From: an uncultured Oscillospiraceae bacterium
GTDB taxonomy: Bacteria > Bacillota > Clostridia > UMGS1883
Direction: 5' to 3'
Assembly (NCBI GenBank): GCA_964572985.1
Contig: CAZNIC010000007.1
Span: forward strand, 3,009-67,008
DNA: 64,000 nucleotides
The translations under genes and the position numbers were made by a program. Below are positions 28,862 to 35,377 of this stretch, piece by piece. Below the pieces are notes generated by a model. That model saw only the letters and a program-made list of their open reading frames with translations, did no database searches and was not told the DNA's origin. Numbering within the stretch: the stretch's first letter is position 1; the number at the start of each line of letters is the position of its first letter.

Positions 28862-28990
28862 CCCACAGTTGAGCCTTTCTATGAATCCCTTCACCACTTT
28901 GGCTCCTTTGAACTCCCTCGCAAGCGAAGGAGGCAGGTCGGGAGCTGTCGGCTTTGCCGACTGAGGGATTGTCTGTTGCAACTCACTGTT
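28862..28990 (-). other. 129-nt nested-stem leader element (site C) between a strong promoter and the mutS2 start
   Basis: On the minus-strand RNA, P1 is ACAGUGAG/CUCAaCUGU and P2 is AUCCCU/AGGGAU. They enclose two tetraloop hairpins, UCGGC-AAAG-GCCGA and CUCCuUCG-CUUG-CGAgGGAG. Confidence 0.4.
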
Positions 28991-29008
28991 AAAAGTGTAA
29001 TTTTATAT

Positions 29009-29037
29009 ATTATATCACTTTATTTTTTATTTGTAAA
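29009..29037 (-). promoter_or_regulatory. Candidate sigma-A promoter for the mutS2 leader (TTTACA-17-TGaTATAAT)
   Basis: On the minus strand the -35 TTTACA is at 29037-29032 and the extended -10 TGATATAAT is at 29017-29009. It overlaps the 3' end of the upstream TSUP gene. Confidence 0.5.
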
Positions 29038-29379
29038 TGCTTCTTTTACTTCCTTAAAACCGAAAATTGCCAAAAAAACGCCGAACAGTTTGCCTAAAAG
29101 TGACTGATTCATCCCCAAGGCAAGATACGCCCCCAAAAATGCACAGGGTATGCCCGACAAAATAATCCATATTGCCTTTTTAAATTCAATATTTTTGTTC
29201 TTTGCATGTAAAACTATAGCTATTATTGCCGTGGGCAAAAAATACCACAGGTTTATTGCCTGTGCTTTATGCTGCGGCAACAAAAGAAAAAACACCAATA
29301 CGGGTATAAGTATCATACCGCCGCCTATACCCATGCCCGATATTATGCCTGATAAAAAACCTGCCAGCACCGCAATCAT
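29020..29379 (-). CDS. Half-size TauE/SafE (TSUP) family membrane protein, second half
   Basis: 119 aa with 4 TM segments and the motif SGMGIGGGMILIPVL. Its ATG at 29379 overlaps the TGA of the upstream half-gene (ATGA), and a GGGAGTGAG RBS is present. Confidence 0.75.
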   Translation of the reverse strand: MIAVLAGFLSGIISGMGIGGGMILIPVLVFFLLLPQHKAQAINLWYFLPTAIIAIVLHAKNKNIEFKKAIWIILSGIPCAFLGAYLALGMNQSLLGKLFGVFLAIFGFKEVKEAFTNKK

Positions 29380-29723
29380 AAAACCATTCTCACTCCCGAC
29401 AAAATCATTACTGTACCAAATACAATCTTGAGCCACTTTTTTGGTATTTTGTTAAGCATTTTTGCTCCTACAATACTGCCGACTGCGCCACCTATTGCAC
29501 ACAAAAGCACAAGAAAAAAATCCACCTCCGCCTTCTTGTACATAAAAAGTGACGCACACGAAAGGGGCAGTATAATACCAAGTGCCGTCGCATGTGCCCG
29601 CTTGTCATCCACTTCAAGAAATTTTTTCAGCACAAGCACGGCAATAACTCCTCCGCCCGAGCCAAAAAACCCGTTTATAAATCCGATTGGTATTCCCCAT
29701 AAAATGTTTTTAATATTCTTCAT
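29376..29723 (-). CDS. Half-size TauE/SafE (TSUP) family membrane protein, first half
   Basis: 115 aa with 4 TM segments and the motif GFFGSGGGVIAVLVL. Confidence 0.75.
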   Translation of the reverse strand: MKNIKNILWGIPIGFINGFFGSGGGVIAVLVLKKFLEVDDKRAHATALGIILPLSCASLFMYKKAEVDFFLVLLCAIGGAVGSIVGAKMLNKIPKKWLKIVFGTVMILSGVRMVL

Positions 29724-29787
29724 GCCTTTAGCATACCCATTGACACAAAAAAATATTTACTATATAATTTCTTTTGCGAGGTGGACT

Positions 29788-30273
29788 ATGGAAAACATAA
29801 ACAGAAAACACAGGTGTGCCTTTACAGGTCATCGTCCCGAAAAACTCAATATTTCAGAAAAAGAGGCAAAACGCCTTTTAACAATCGCCATACGCAATGC
29901 CATTTTTGCAGGCTACCGCACCTTTATCACGGGTATGGCAACGGGTATCGACATTTGGTCTGCGGAAATTGTGCTTGACTTTAAAAAGGATTATCCCGAT
30001 ATCCGTCTTGTATGCGCACTTCCCTATCCGACTTTTTACCGTAACCGCAACAAAGAAGAAAAAATGCGCTACCAATATGTATTGGCGCGCTCTGATTTTC
30101 GGCATATTTCTTTTCCCTATTGTGACCCAAGGAGTTACCAAAGTCGTAATATGTGGATGATTGATAACTCCAATCTTTTGATAGCCGCCTTCACAGGTGA
30201 ACCCGGTGGCACAAAAAACACTATTGACTACGCAAAATCCGAAGGCTTGGATATTGTAAATATATTAGACTAA
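29788..30273 (+). CDS. DUF1273 / YpsA-like SLOG-family protein
   Basis: CAFTGHRPEKL and ITGMATGIDIWSAEIVLDFKKDYPDIRL parallel the B. subtilis YpsA segment [27 protein letters not shown]. ATG 29788 is used; the long ORF-track N-terminus is antisense to the TSUP genes. Confidence 0.75.
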   Translation: MENINRKHRCAFTGHRPEKLNISEKEAKRLLTIAIRNAIFAGYRTFITGMATGIDIWSAEIVLDFKKDYPDIRLVCALPYPTFYRNRNKEEKMRYQYVLARSDFRHISFPYCDPRSYQSRNMWMIDNSNLLIAAFTGEPGGTKNTIDYAKSEGLDIVNILD

Positions 30274-30310
30274 AAACAGCGTGAAACCTAAGTTCCACGC
30301 TGTTTTTTGT
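30270..30310. repeat. Stop-codon/terminator module R1, a direct repeat of 34064-34103
   Basis: CTAAAAACAGCGTGAAACCTAAGTTCCACGCTGTTTTTTG. Hairpin ACAGCGTG...CACGCTGT plus a T-run. The core of 32 nt differs from R2 at 2 positions. Confidence 0.8.
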
Positions 30311-30313
30311 TCT

Positions 30314-33300
30314 TTACTTTGTTATTGTTACCTGATTAGTTTCTCCGTTCCATTCAACCTTTGCACCGAGATTTTCGGCAATAAATCGTATAGGAGTATA
30401 TGTTCTCTCATTTTCAATAAATGCCGCACTGTCGAGCTTTACTTCCTTGCCGTTTACATATGCAGTATCAGAATCTATAGTAATAAGAATTTCCACATTT
30501 TCTCCAACGATCTTAACCTGACGTTTTTCATTATTCCATTCAACCTTTGCGCCAAGTTTTTCTGCAACAAATCTTGCAGGAAGCATGGTTCTGTCATTTC
30601 TTATTATGGGAGCTACATCATTTGTAACCTCCTCACCGAATACAACAGCAGTCTTGCTATCAACTACCAACACAATTTCATTTGTCGAATTGTCAACTTC
30701 TTCCCATGCCGCATAAAGTGTTACATTTTTTGTCACCTTTGTTGCAAAGTCATACACCACAGTAAGCTTTTCATCTGCGAACCAGCCTTTGAATACAAAA
30801 CCTTCTTTTATAGGTTCTGCAGGAATTGTAGCATTGCTATTCTTTGCAATGTCCTGCTTGGCTATTTCATTTCCACCATTTGTGTCAAACTTTACAGTGT
30901 AATAACTTACACTGCTTCCGCCTCCACCGCCTGATGTTTTTTTCTTAAACTGTGCCACCAGACTTACATCCTCTGTTGCATCAAAGGTATAGGTTGCATC
31001 CTTTGAAACAAGCTCGTCTCCCACATACCAACCTGTAAATGTATATTTGCTCAAAGGCTTTGCAGTAACTGTTGCTTTGTTGCCCTTAAGGTAAACGCCT
31101 TCACCTTCAATTGTACCCGTTTCAGTGCTAACATTTACCCAAACAACATTTTCCTTGCTTACTTCACTTGTAACGCTTTCTGTTTCAAGTGCATAATTTT
31201 CAGCGTCCGTACCCAAAAGGGTAAAGTTCTTTACAACTGCTTCAATAACATCGCTTTCTGTAGCTTCTGCTTCAAGTGCAATGCTTTCCAAATCTACAGT
31301 TACTTCATCCCCTTCTGCCAATCCGCTCAATACTGCAACCTTGTTATTGAGGTCAATGGATTGAATTGTAACAGCTCGCTTATTTACAACAAGTGTCTTT
31401 ATGGTTTCAAACTCGGCATATGTTTCATTACCTGCTACTGTAATAGTAATGTCAGTTTCACCTGCACCTTTAATTGTAACTGTTCCGTCTTCGTCTACTT
31501 CTGCAACATTAGTATTACTGCTTTCAAATGCAAAATCTGTAAGATTTGCATTTTCGTCTGCTGTAATAGCAATTACAAAAGGTTCATCGCCGTATGTTTT
31601 TTCGCCTATTTCGCCAACTACAACATTCTGCATTTTCTTGTCGGAAACAGTAAGTGTACCCTTTTCAAATGTAAGCTTATAATTACTGTTTGCCTTTATC
31701 GTACCCTGAGTAATGTCAAACTTACCTGTCTTACTACCATTTGCCTTTGTACTAAGTGCACCCGTAATAACATCATCACCGAAAAGCTCGCCCTCAACTG
31801 TGTATGTCAATTCGGGCATTTCGCCACCCTTAATCATGAAAACATCATCTGCTTTAACTGTAAGTGCTGCCCTATTTACCGTAAGTGTCTGTGTCTTTTT
31901 AAATGCGGCATATGTTTCATTACCGGGCTGGGTAACCGTAATTTTTGTTGTACCTGCTGCCTTTATTGTAACTGTTCCGTCTTCGCCTACTTCTGCAACA
32001 TTAGTATTACTGCTTTCAAATGTGAAATCTGTAAGATTTGCATTTTCGTCTGCTGTAACGGCAATCACAAAGGCTTCATCTCCGTATGTCTTCTCGCCTA
32101 TCTCATCAACCACAATATTCTGTTCAAGCTTATCTCCAACAGTAAGTGTACCCTTTACAAAAGTAATCGCATAGTTATTGCCCGCTGTAAGTGTACCCTT
32201 TGTAATGTCAAACTTACCTGTCTTACTGCCGTTTGCCTTTGTACTAAGTGCGCCTGTAATTTCGTCTCCACCGAAAAGCTCACCCTCAACAGTGTAAGTA
32301 AGTTCAGGCATTTCGCCACCCTTTATCATGGAAACATCGTCCGCTTTAACGGTAATAGTAGCTTTGTTAATTACAAGGTTTGCACTAAGTGTAAGTGTGT
32401 TATAACCCTCTGCCTCAATTACTGCAGTTGCTCTGTATGTGCCGGCATCTGTTGCTGTGTTATTTGTATATGTAACAGTTGCACCGTCCGGAAGCTCACC
32501 CTCAATTTCAATAGTCTTTTCTTCACCGTCATATGCAAAAATTGTGCTTACAAAAGAAATATCTTCAAAGTCCTTTGAGGGATTCATTTCGTGATTATAG
32601 TGAATAGTGACATCATCAAAGGAGTCGTCTACATAAATGCCCAGTTCAATCTCATTCCACTCGCTTTTTGAACCTTCATAATAAATGTCTGTTAACTCCC
32701 CAAAATAATAACCGTCTATTCTTTCAACAGTCTTGGGTATACAAATTACCTTTGCCTCAGGCAAATTTTCTACTGTATCAAAGCCAATTTCTGTTATTCC
32801 ACTTTCAATATAAACGCATTCTATATCCCAACAGAAAATACCCCAGGCAGGTCTACCGCCAGTTTTGCTGTCTGCGCCTTTAATTGGGCCGTCTCCCGAT
32901 ATTGTCAGCGTCTTTTTCACATTGTCAAATGACCACGTGATATTGTCACCATATGTTCCGTTTTTATCTAATGCGTTATTAAATTCTCTGAAATATGTAT
33001 AGCCGTCTTCGTCAACATAGAAAAGAGCTCTCTCGTGTGCTCTGCTTCCTTTATAGCCATATACACGGCCATATGGAATCGCTTCCATTGAATAAACATT
33101 AATTATTCCATAGCCACTACTGATCTCTACTTCCCCCACACCTTCAGGAACATTTAAAACTTCCAGACAAGGAGCATCTGCACTAAAATACGTAACATTT
33201 TCAGGCACTGTATATTCTTTGTCCTTTTTGCCATTCGGATACTTTATACACTCCATATCGTGATTATAGAGAACTCCGTCAATAGACACATATAAAGGAT

Positions 33301-33736
33301 GATTATCATCAACGGTAATTTTCTCCAATGTTGGTGCTTCCTTAAGTTCGGAAACCTCTGCGGTGTAAGTTTCTGAATAGTGAAGATGCTTTAAATTAGG
33401 AAAAAGCGTTTCTACGGCGTCGAAGTCAATACTCTCGCTTGTGAAATCGCACAAAACCAGCGTTTCACATTCCAGAAAACAAGACTTCATATCCTGGGGA
33501 AGATATGTATTCCACTCGGGACTATCTGTATCCCAATTAATAGTTATTTTTTCTCCAGCCAGCGTAAGAGTCTTACTTTCGCTATCGTAACTCCATGTAA
33601 CAAACTCACTATATTCCGGATTAAACCTATGTTCCCATACTCCGGAATAGTCTTCTGCTTCTACAATAACCATTGTTCCCGATACCATCGCAACCACCAT
33701 ACATATCGACAATAATAAACTCAATACTTTTTTCAT
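30314..33736 (-). CDS. Large secreted adhesin-like protein: BspA-type LRR region, MBG and Big_2 repeats, Listeria-Bacteroides (Flg_new) repeat, 2 C-terminal copper-amine-oxidase-N-like wall-binding repeats
   Basis: - 1140 aa with a signal peptide.
- LRR_5-like N-terminal third.
- Repeats of the form ITVKADDVxMIKGGEMPELTYTVEGELFG (MBG-like) and FESSNTNVAEVxEDGTVTIK (Big_2-like).
- YTVKFDTNGG...FKGWF (Flg_new).
- C-terminal NDRTMLPARFVAEKLGAKVEWNN. Confidence 0.8.
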   Translation of the reverse strand: MKKVLSLLLSICMVVAMVSGTMVIVEAEDYSGVWEHRFNPEYSEFVTWSYDSESKTLTLAGEKITINWDTDSPEWNTYLPQDMKSCFLECETLVLCDFTSESIDFDAVETLFPNLKHLHYSETYTAEVSELKEAPTLEKITVDDNHPLYVSIDGVLYNHDMECIKYPNGKKDKEYTVPENVTYFSADAPCLEVLNVPEGVGEVEISSGYGIINVYSMEAIPYGRVYGYKGSRAHERALFYVDEDGYTYFREFNNALDKNGTYGDNITWSFDNVKKTLTISGDGPIKGADSKTGGRPAWGIFCWDIECVYIESGITEIGFDTVENLPEAKVICIPKTVERIDGYYFGELTDIYYEGSKSEWNEIELGIYVDDSFDDVTIHYNHEMNPSKDFEDISFVSTIFAYDGEEKTIEIEGELPDGATVTYTNNTATDAGTYRATAVIEAEGYNTLTLSANLVINKATITVKADDVSMIKGGEMPELTYTVEGELFGGDEITGALSTKANGSKTGKFDITKGTLTAGNNYAITFVKGTLTVGDKLEQNIVVDEIGEKTYGDEAFVIAVTADENANLTDFTFESSNTNVAEVGEDGTVTIKAAGTTKITVTQPGNETYAAFKKTQTLTVNRAALTVKADDVFMIKGGEMPELTYTVEGELFGDDVITGALSTKANGSKTGKFDITQGTIKANSNYKLTFEKGTLTVSDKKMQNVVVGEIGEKTYGDEPFVIAITADENANLTDFAFESSNTNVAEVDEDGTVTIKGAGETDITITVAGNETYAEFETIKTLVVNKRAVTIQSIDLNNKVAVLSGLAEGDEVTVDLESIALEAEATESDVIEAVVKNFTLLGTDAENYALETESVTSEVSKENVVWVNVSTETGTIEGEGVYLKGNKATVTAKPLSKYTFTGWYVGDELVSKDATYTFDATEDVSLVAQFKKKTSGGGGGSSVSYYTVKFDTNGGNEIAKQDIAKNSNATIPAEPIKEGFVFKGWFADEKLTVVYDFATKVTKNVTLYAAWEEVDNSTNEIVLVVDSKTAVVFGEEVTNDVAPIIRNDRTMLPARFVAEKLGAKVEWNNEKRQVKIVGENVEILITIDSDTAYVNGKEVKLDSAAFIENERTYTPIRFIAENLGAKVEWNGETNQVTITK
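31364..32347 (-). repeat. In-frame tandem duplication, 2 x 492 bp (164 aa), inside the adhesin gene
   Basis: Unit 1 is 32347-31856 and unit 2 is 31855-31364. Each encodes one MBG-like plus one Big_2-like module. Protein identity is about 80 percent by eye, with long identical DNA stretches. Confidence 0.85.
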
Positions 33737-33768
33737 AGCAAAAATCCTTTCTCGTTAAATTTGAGAAA

Positions 33769-33797
33769 ATTATATCTCAAATTGAGATAAATGTCAA
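33769..33797 (-). promoter_or_regulatory. Perfect consensus sigma-A promoter of the adhesin gene (TTGACA-17-TATAAT)
   Basis: On the minus strand the -35 TTGACA is at 33797-33792 and the -10 TATAAT is at 33774-33769. The spacer is filled by palindrome O1. Confidence 0.65.
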
Positions 33798-33813
33798 TAT
33801 CTCAATTTGAGAT
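33774..33813. promoter_or_regulatory. Two 15-bp palindromic operators, ATCTCAA-N-TTGAGAT (O1 33774-33788, O2 33799-33813)
   Basis: Both 7-bp arms are perfect in both copies. The centres are 25 bp apart. An extra half-site TTGAGA lies at 33761-33766. They sit between the divergent adhesin and XRE genes. Confidence 0.55.
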
Positions 33814-33854
33814 TGTTTATAATATGAATAACATATAAAAGGACTGTGTTATTT

Positions 33855-34067
33855 ATGAGATTAAAAGAGCTTCGGGAAGATAATGACCTCAAGCAAAAAG
33901 ACCTTGCAGATTTTTTGCATATAAAACAAAACACCTATTCCCAATATGAGAATGAATTGCGCCAGCTCCCGACTGACATTCTCATTGCTTTAGCAAAGTA
34001 TTACAATGTATCTACAGATTACATTTTAAATCTTACAAACATAAAAACTCCCTACCCTCCCAACTAA
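33855..34067 (+). CDS. Small XRE-family helix-turn-helix repressor
   Basis: 70 aa: MRLKELREDNDLKQKDLADFLHIKQNTYSQYENE. A TATAAT lies at 33818-33823 upstream. It is divergent from the adhesin gene. Confidence 0.8.
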   Translation: MRLKELREDNDLKQKDLADFLHIKQNTYSQYENELRQLPTDILIALAKYYNVSTDYILNLTNIKTPYPPN

Positions 34068-34103
34068 AACAGCGTGAAACAAAAGTTCCACGCTGTTTTT
34101 TTG
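34064..34103. repeat. Stop-codon/terminator module R2, a direct repeat of 30270-30310
   Basis: CTAAAACAGCGTGAAACAAAAGTTCCACGCTGTTTTTTTG. It starts at the TAA of the XRE gene, exactly as R1 starts at the TAA of the SLOG gene. Confidence 0.8.
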
Positions 34104-34106
34104 GTT

Positions 34107-34538
34107 TTAAACTGTCATAAGTTTATCAAGCGCGCTACGATGTGCGCGCATGTATGTACTGCGTTCATAGCAAAAACGCGAGTATTCAGGATCGGTCTGT
34201 AAAAGGTCCATAACCTGTGTCCACCTCAAGCCCTCAATATAAAGCTTTAGGATAATCACATGCTCAAGAGGTGTGAGCGAAGGCGCAATACGTTCAAGTG
34301 CATCCTCAACCTCAAGAGTGGATTCTTCAATTTTTTTGAGGAGTGACTCTGTCACTTTCAGCCTTTCCTCTTTTATCTCGAGGAGAGTAACCACCTTGTC
34401 GCCCAAATCTTTCTTTTCGGCACGGCTCATTTTACCCTCAAGCTCTTTTATCTCATCTCTGAGCTTTTCAAGTCTTCTTTCTGTTTCCTTTTTTACAACA
34501 ACCATACCCGGATACCTTTTCATTTTTTCCGCTGTCAT
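34107..34538 (-). CDS. Sigma-70 region-4-like HTH protein resembling phage late-gene activators (DUF1492 / RinA / ArpU class)
   Basis: The N-terminus is a Glu/Lys coiled coil. The C-terminus LTPLEHVIILKLYIEGLRWTQVMDLL...STYMRAHRSALDKL follows the region-4 pattern LxxxExxVxxLxYxxGLxxxEIA...RALxKL. ATG 34538 with a GGAGAA RBS is used, but the start is uncertain. Confidence 0.5.
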   Translation of the reverse strand: MTAEKMKRYPGMVVVKKETERRLEKLRDEIKELEGKMSRAEKKDLGDKVVTLLEIKEERLKVTESLLKKIEESTLEVEDALERIAPSLTPLEHVIILKLYIEGLRWTQVMDLLQTDPEYSRFCYERSTYMRAHRSALDKLMTV

Positions 34539-34568
34539 TGTTATTCTCCTTTCGTGATTTTCTTTCAA

Positions 34569-34616
34569 ATTATCATTTGATGTGATAATATTAGCATGCT
34601 TTTTCCAATTTGTCAA
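34569..34616 (-). promoter_or_regulatory. Promoter of the activator-like gene (TTGACA-17-TAATAT) with inverted repeat ATTATCA-N7-TGATAAT just downstream
   Basis: On the minus strand the -35 is at 34616-34611 and the -10 is at 34593-34588. IR1 at 34569-34589 covers the start-site region. An additional TGATAAT half-site at 34617-34623 abuts the -35. Confidence 0.5.
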
Positions 34617-34658
34617 TGATAATTAGTAATATTTTAGTGGTTTTTGGTGTCTTAGGTA

Positions 34659-34686
34659 TTGACTTTATCATTTTATATGATATAAT
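34659..34686 (+). promoter_or_regulatory. Promoter of the HTH-S24 repressor gene (TTGACT-16-TGaTATAAT) overlapped by palindrome TATCAT-N5-ATGATA
   Basis: The -35 is at 34659-34664 and the extended -10 is at 34678-34686. IR2 at 34666-34682 lies in the spacer and the -10. Confidence 0.55.
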
Positions 34687-34749
34687 TATGTCGTAAAAAA
34701 TAGTAATTTGACGCAAAAGTACAAAAAAAGGTACAGGGAGGATTTGGGT

Positions 34750-35346
34750 ATGTTAGGTGAAAAAATCAAAGAGCTTCGCCGCAAGGATAAAATTTCGCAA
34801 CAGAATCTGGCAGATTTTTTGGGAGTCGGGCAGTCTGCGGTTGCCATGTGGGAAAAAGGCAAAAACAACCCCGAGTATAATACTCTCGTAAAAATAGCCG
34901 AATTTTTCAATGTGGGTATTGATTATCTTTCCGGAGGCAAGGGCTTAAAAAACGCATACCATATTCCTGTTCTCGGCTATGTAAGAGCAGGCATCCCAAC
35001 CGAAGCTGTAGAAGAAATTCTTGATTATGAAGACGTTGTTTTGTCCGAAAACGAAATAAAAAACTATTTTGCTCTGCGCATTAAAGGGGACAGCATGTCA
35101 CCGCGAATGGTTGACGGTGACACCGTTATTGTAAGAAAACAGTGTGATTTTAACAGCGGTGATATTTGTGTGGCACTTGTAGGCAATGCCGATGCCACCG
35201 TAAAAAAGGTAATAAAAAAAGATACGGGGATTATCCTCATGCCGCTTAACGGCAGTTATGAGCCACTGTTTTTCACTCCCGAAGAGGTGGAGAGCACCCC
35301 TGTTTCTATAATCGGAAAAGTAACAGAATTAAGAGCTAAACTATAA
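34750..35346 (+). CDS. Phage CI/LexA-type repressor: XRE HTH plus intact S24 autopeptidase domain
   Basis: HTH segment ISQQNLADFLGVGQSAVAMWEKG. An Ala-Gly site is present in VRAGIP. The catalytic Ser is in KGDSMSP and the catalytic Lys is in ATVKKV. ATG 34750 has a GGGAGGA RBS. Confidence 0.85.
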   Translation: MLGEKIKELRRKDKISQQNLADFLGVGQSAVAMWEKGKNNPEYNTLVKIAEFFNVGIDYLSGGKGLKNAYHIPVLGYVRAGIPTEAVEEILDYEDVVLSENEIKNYFALRIKGDSMSPRMVDGDTVIVRKQCDFNSGDICVALVGNADATVKKVIKKDTGIILMPLNGSYEPLFFTPEEVESTPVSIIGKVTELRAKL

Positions 35347-35376
35347 AAGACAGAGCATATGCTCTGTCTTTTATAG
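35341..35376. terminator. Perfect 36-bp palindrome, bidirectional terminator
   Basis: CTATAAAAGACAGAGCAT|ATGCTCTGTCTTTTATAG, between the convergent repressor and tyrA genes. Confidence 0.75.
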
Positions 35377-35377
35377 T

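Noticed and set aside
28925-28955. GAAGGAGGCAGGTCGGGAGCTGTCGG, which superficially recalls the SRP RNA domain IV segment (CAGGUCCGGAAGGAAGCAGC).
   Set aside because: The order and spacing of the conserved nucleotides do not fit, and the surrounding fold is not the SRP Alu/S-domain architecture.
29020-29723. The possibility that the two TSUP ORFs are one frameshifted pseudogene.
   Set aside because: The junction is a clean ATGA stop/start overlap with an internal Shine-Dalgarno sequence. Each half is a complete 4-TM unit. It was kept as a finding to verify, not called a pseudogene.
31364-32347. Regularly repeated sequence that might have been a CRISPR-like array.
   Set aside because: There are only two units of 492 bp. 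They are in-frame and protein-coding, with no short repeat/spacer periodicity.
31361-32578. A 405-aa plus-strand ORF, and two shorter ones, inside the adhesin repeat region.
   Set aside because: They are antisense shadow frames of the repeated coding sequence. Their Cys-rich periodic translation just mirrors the tandem repeat.
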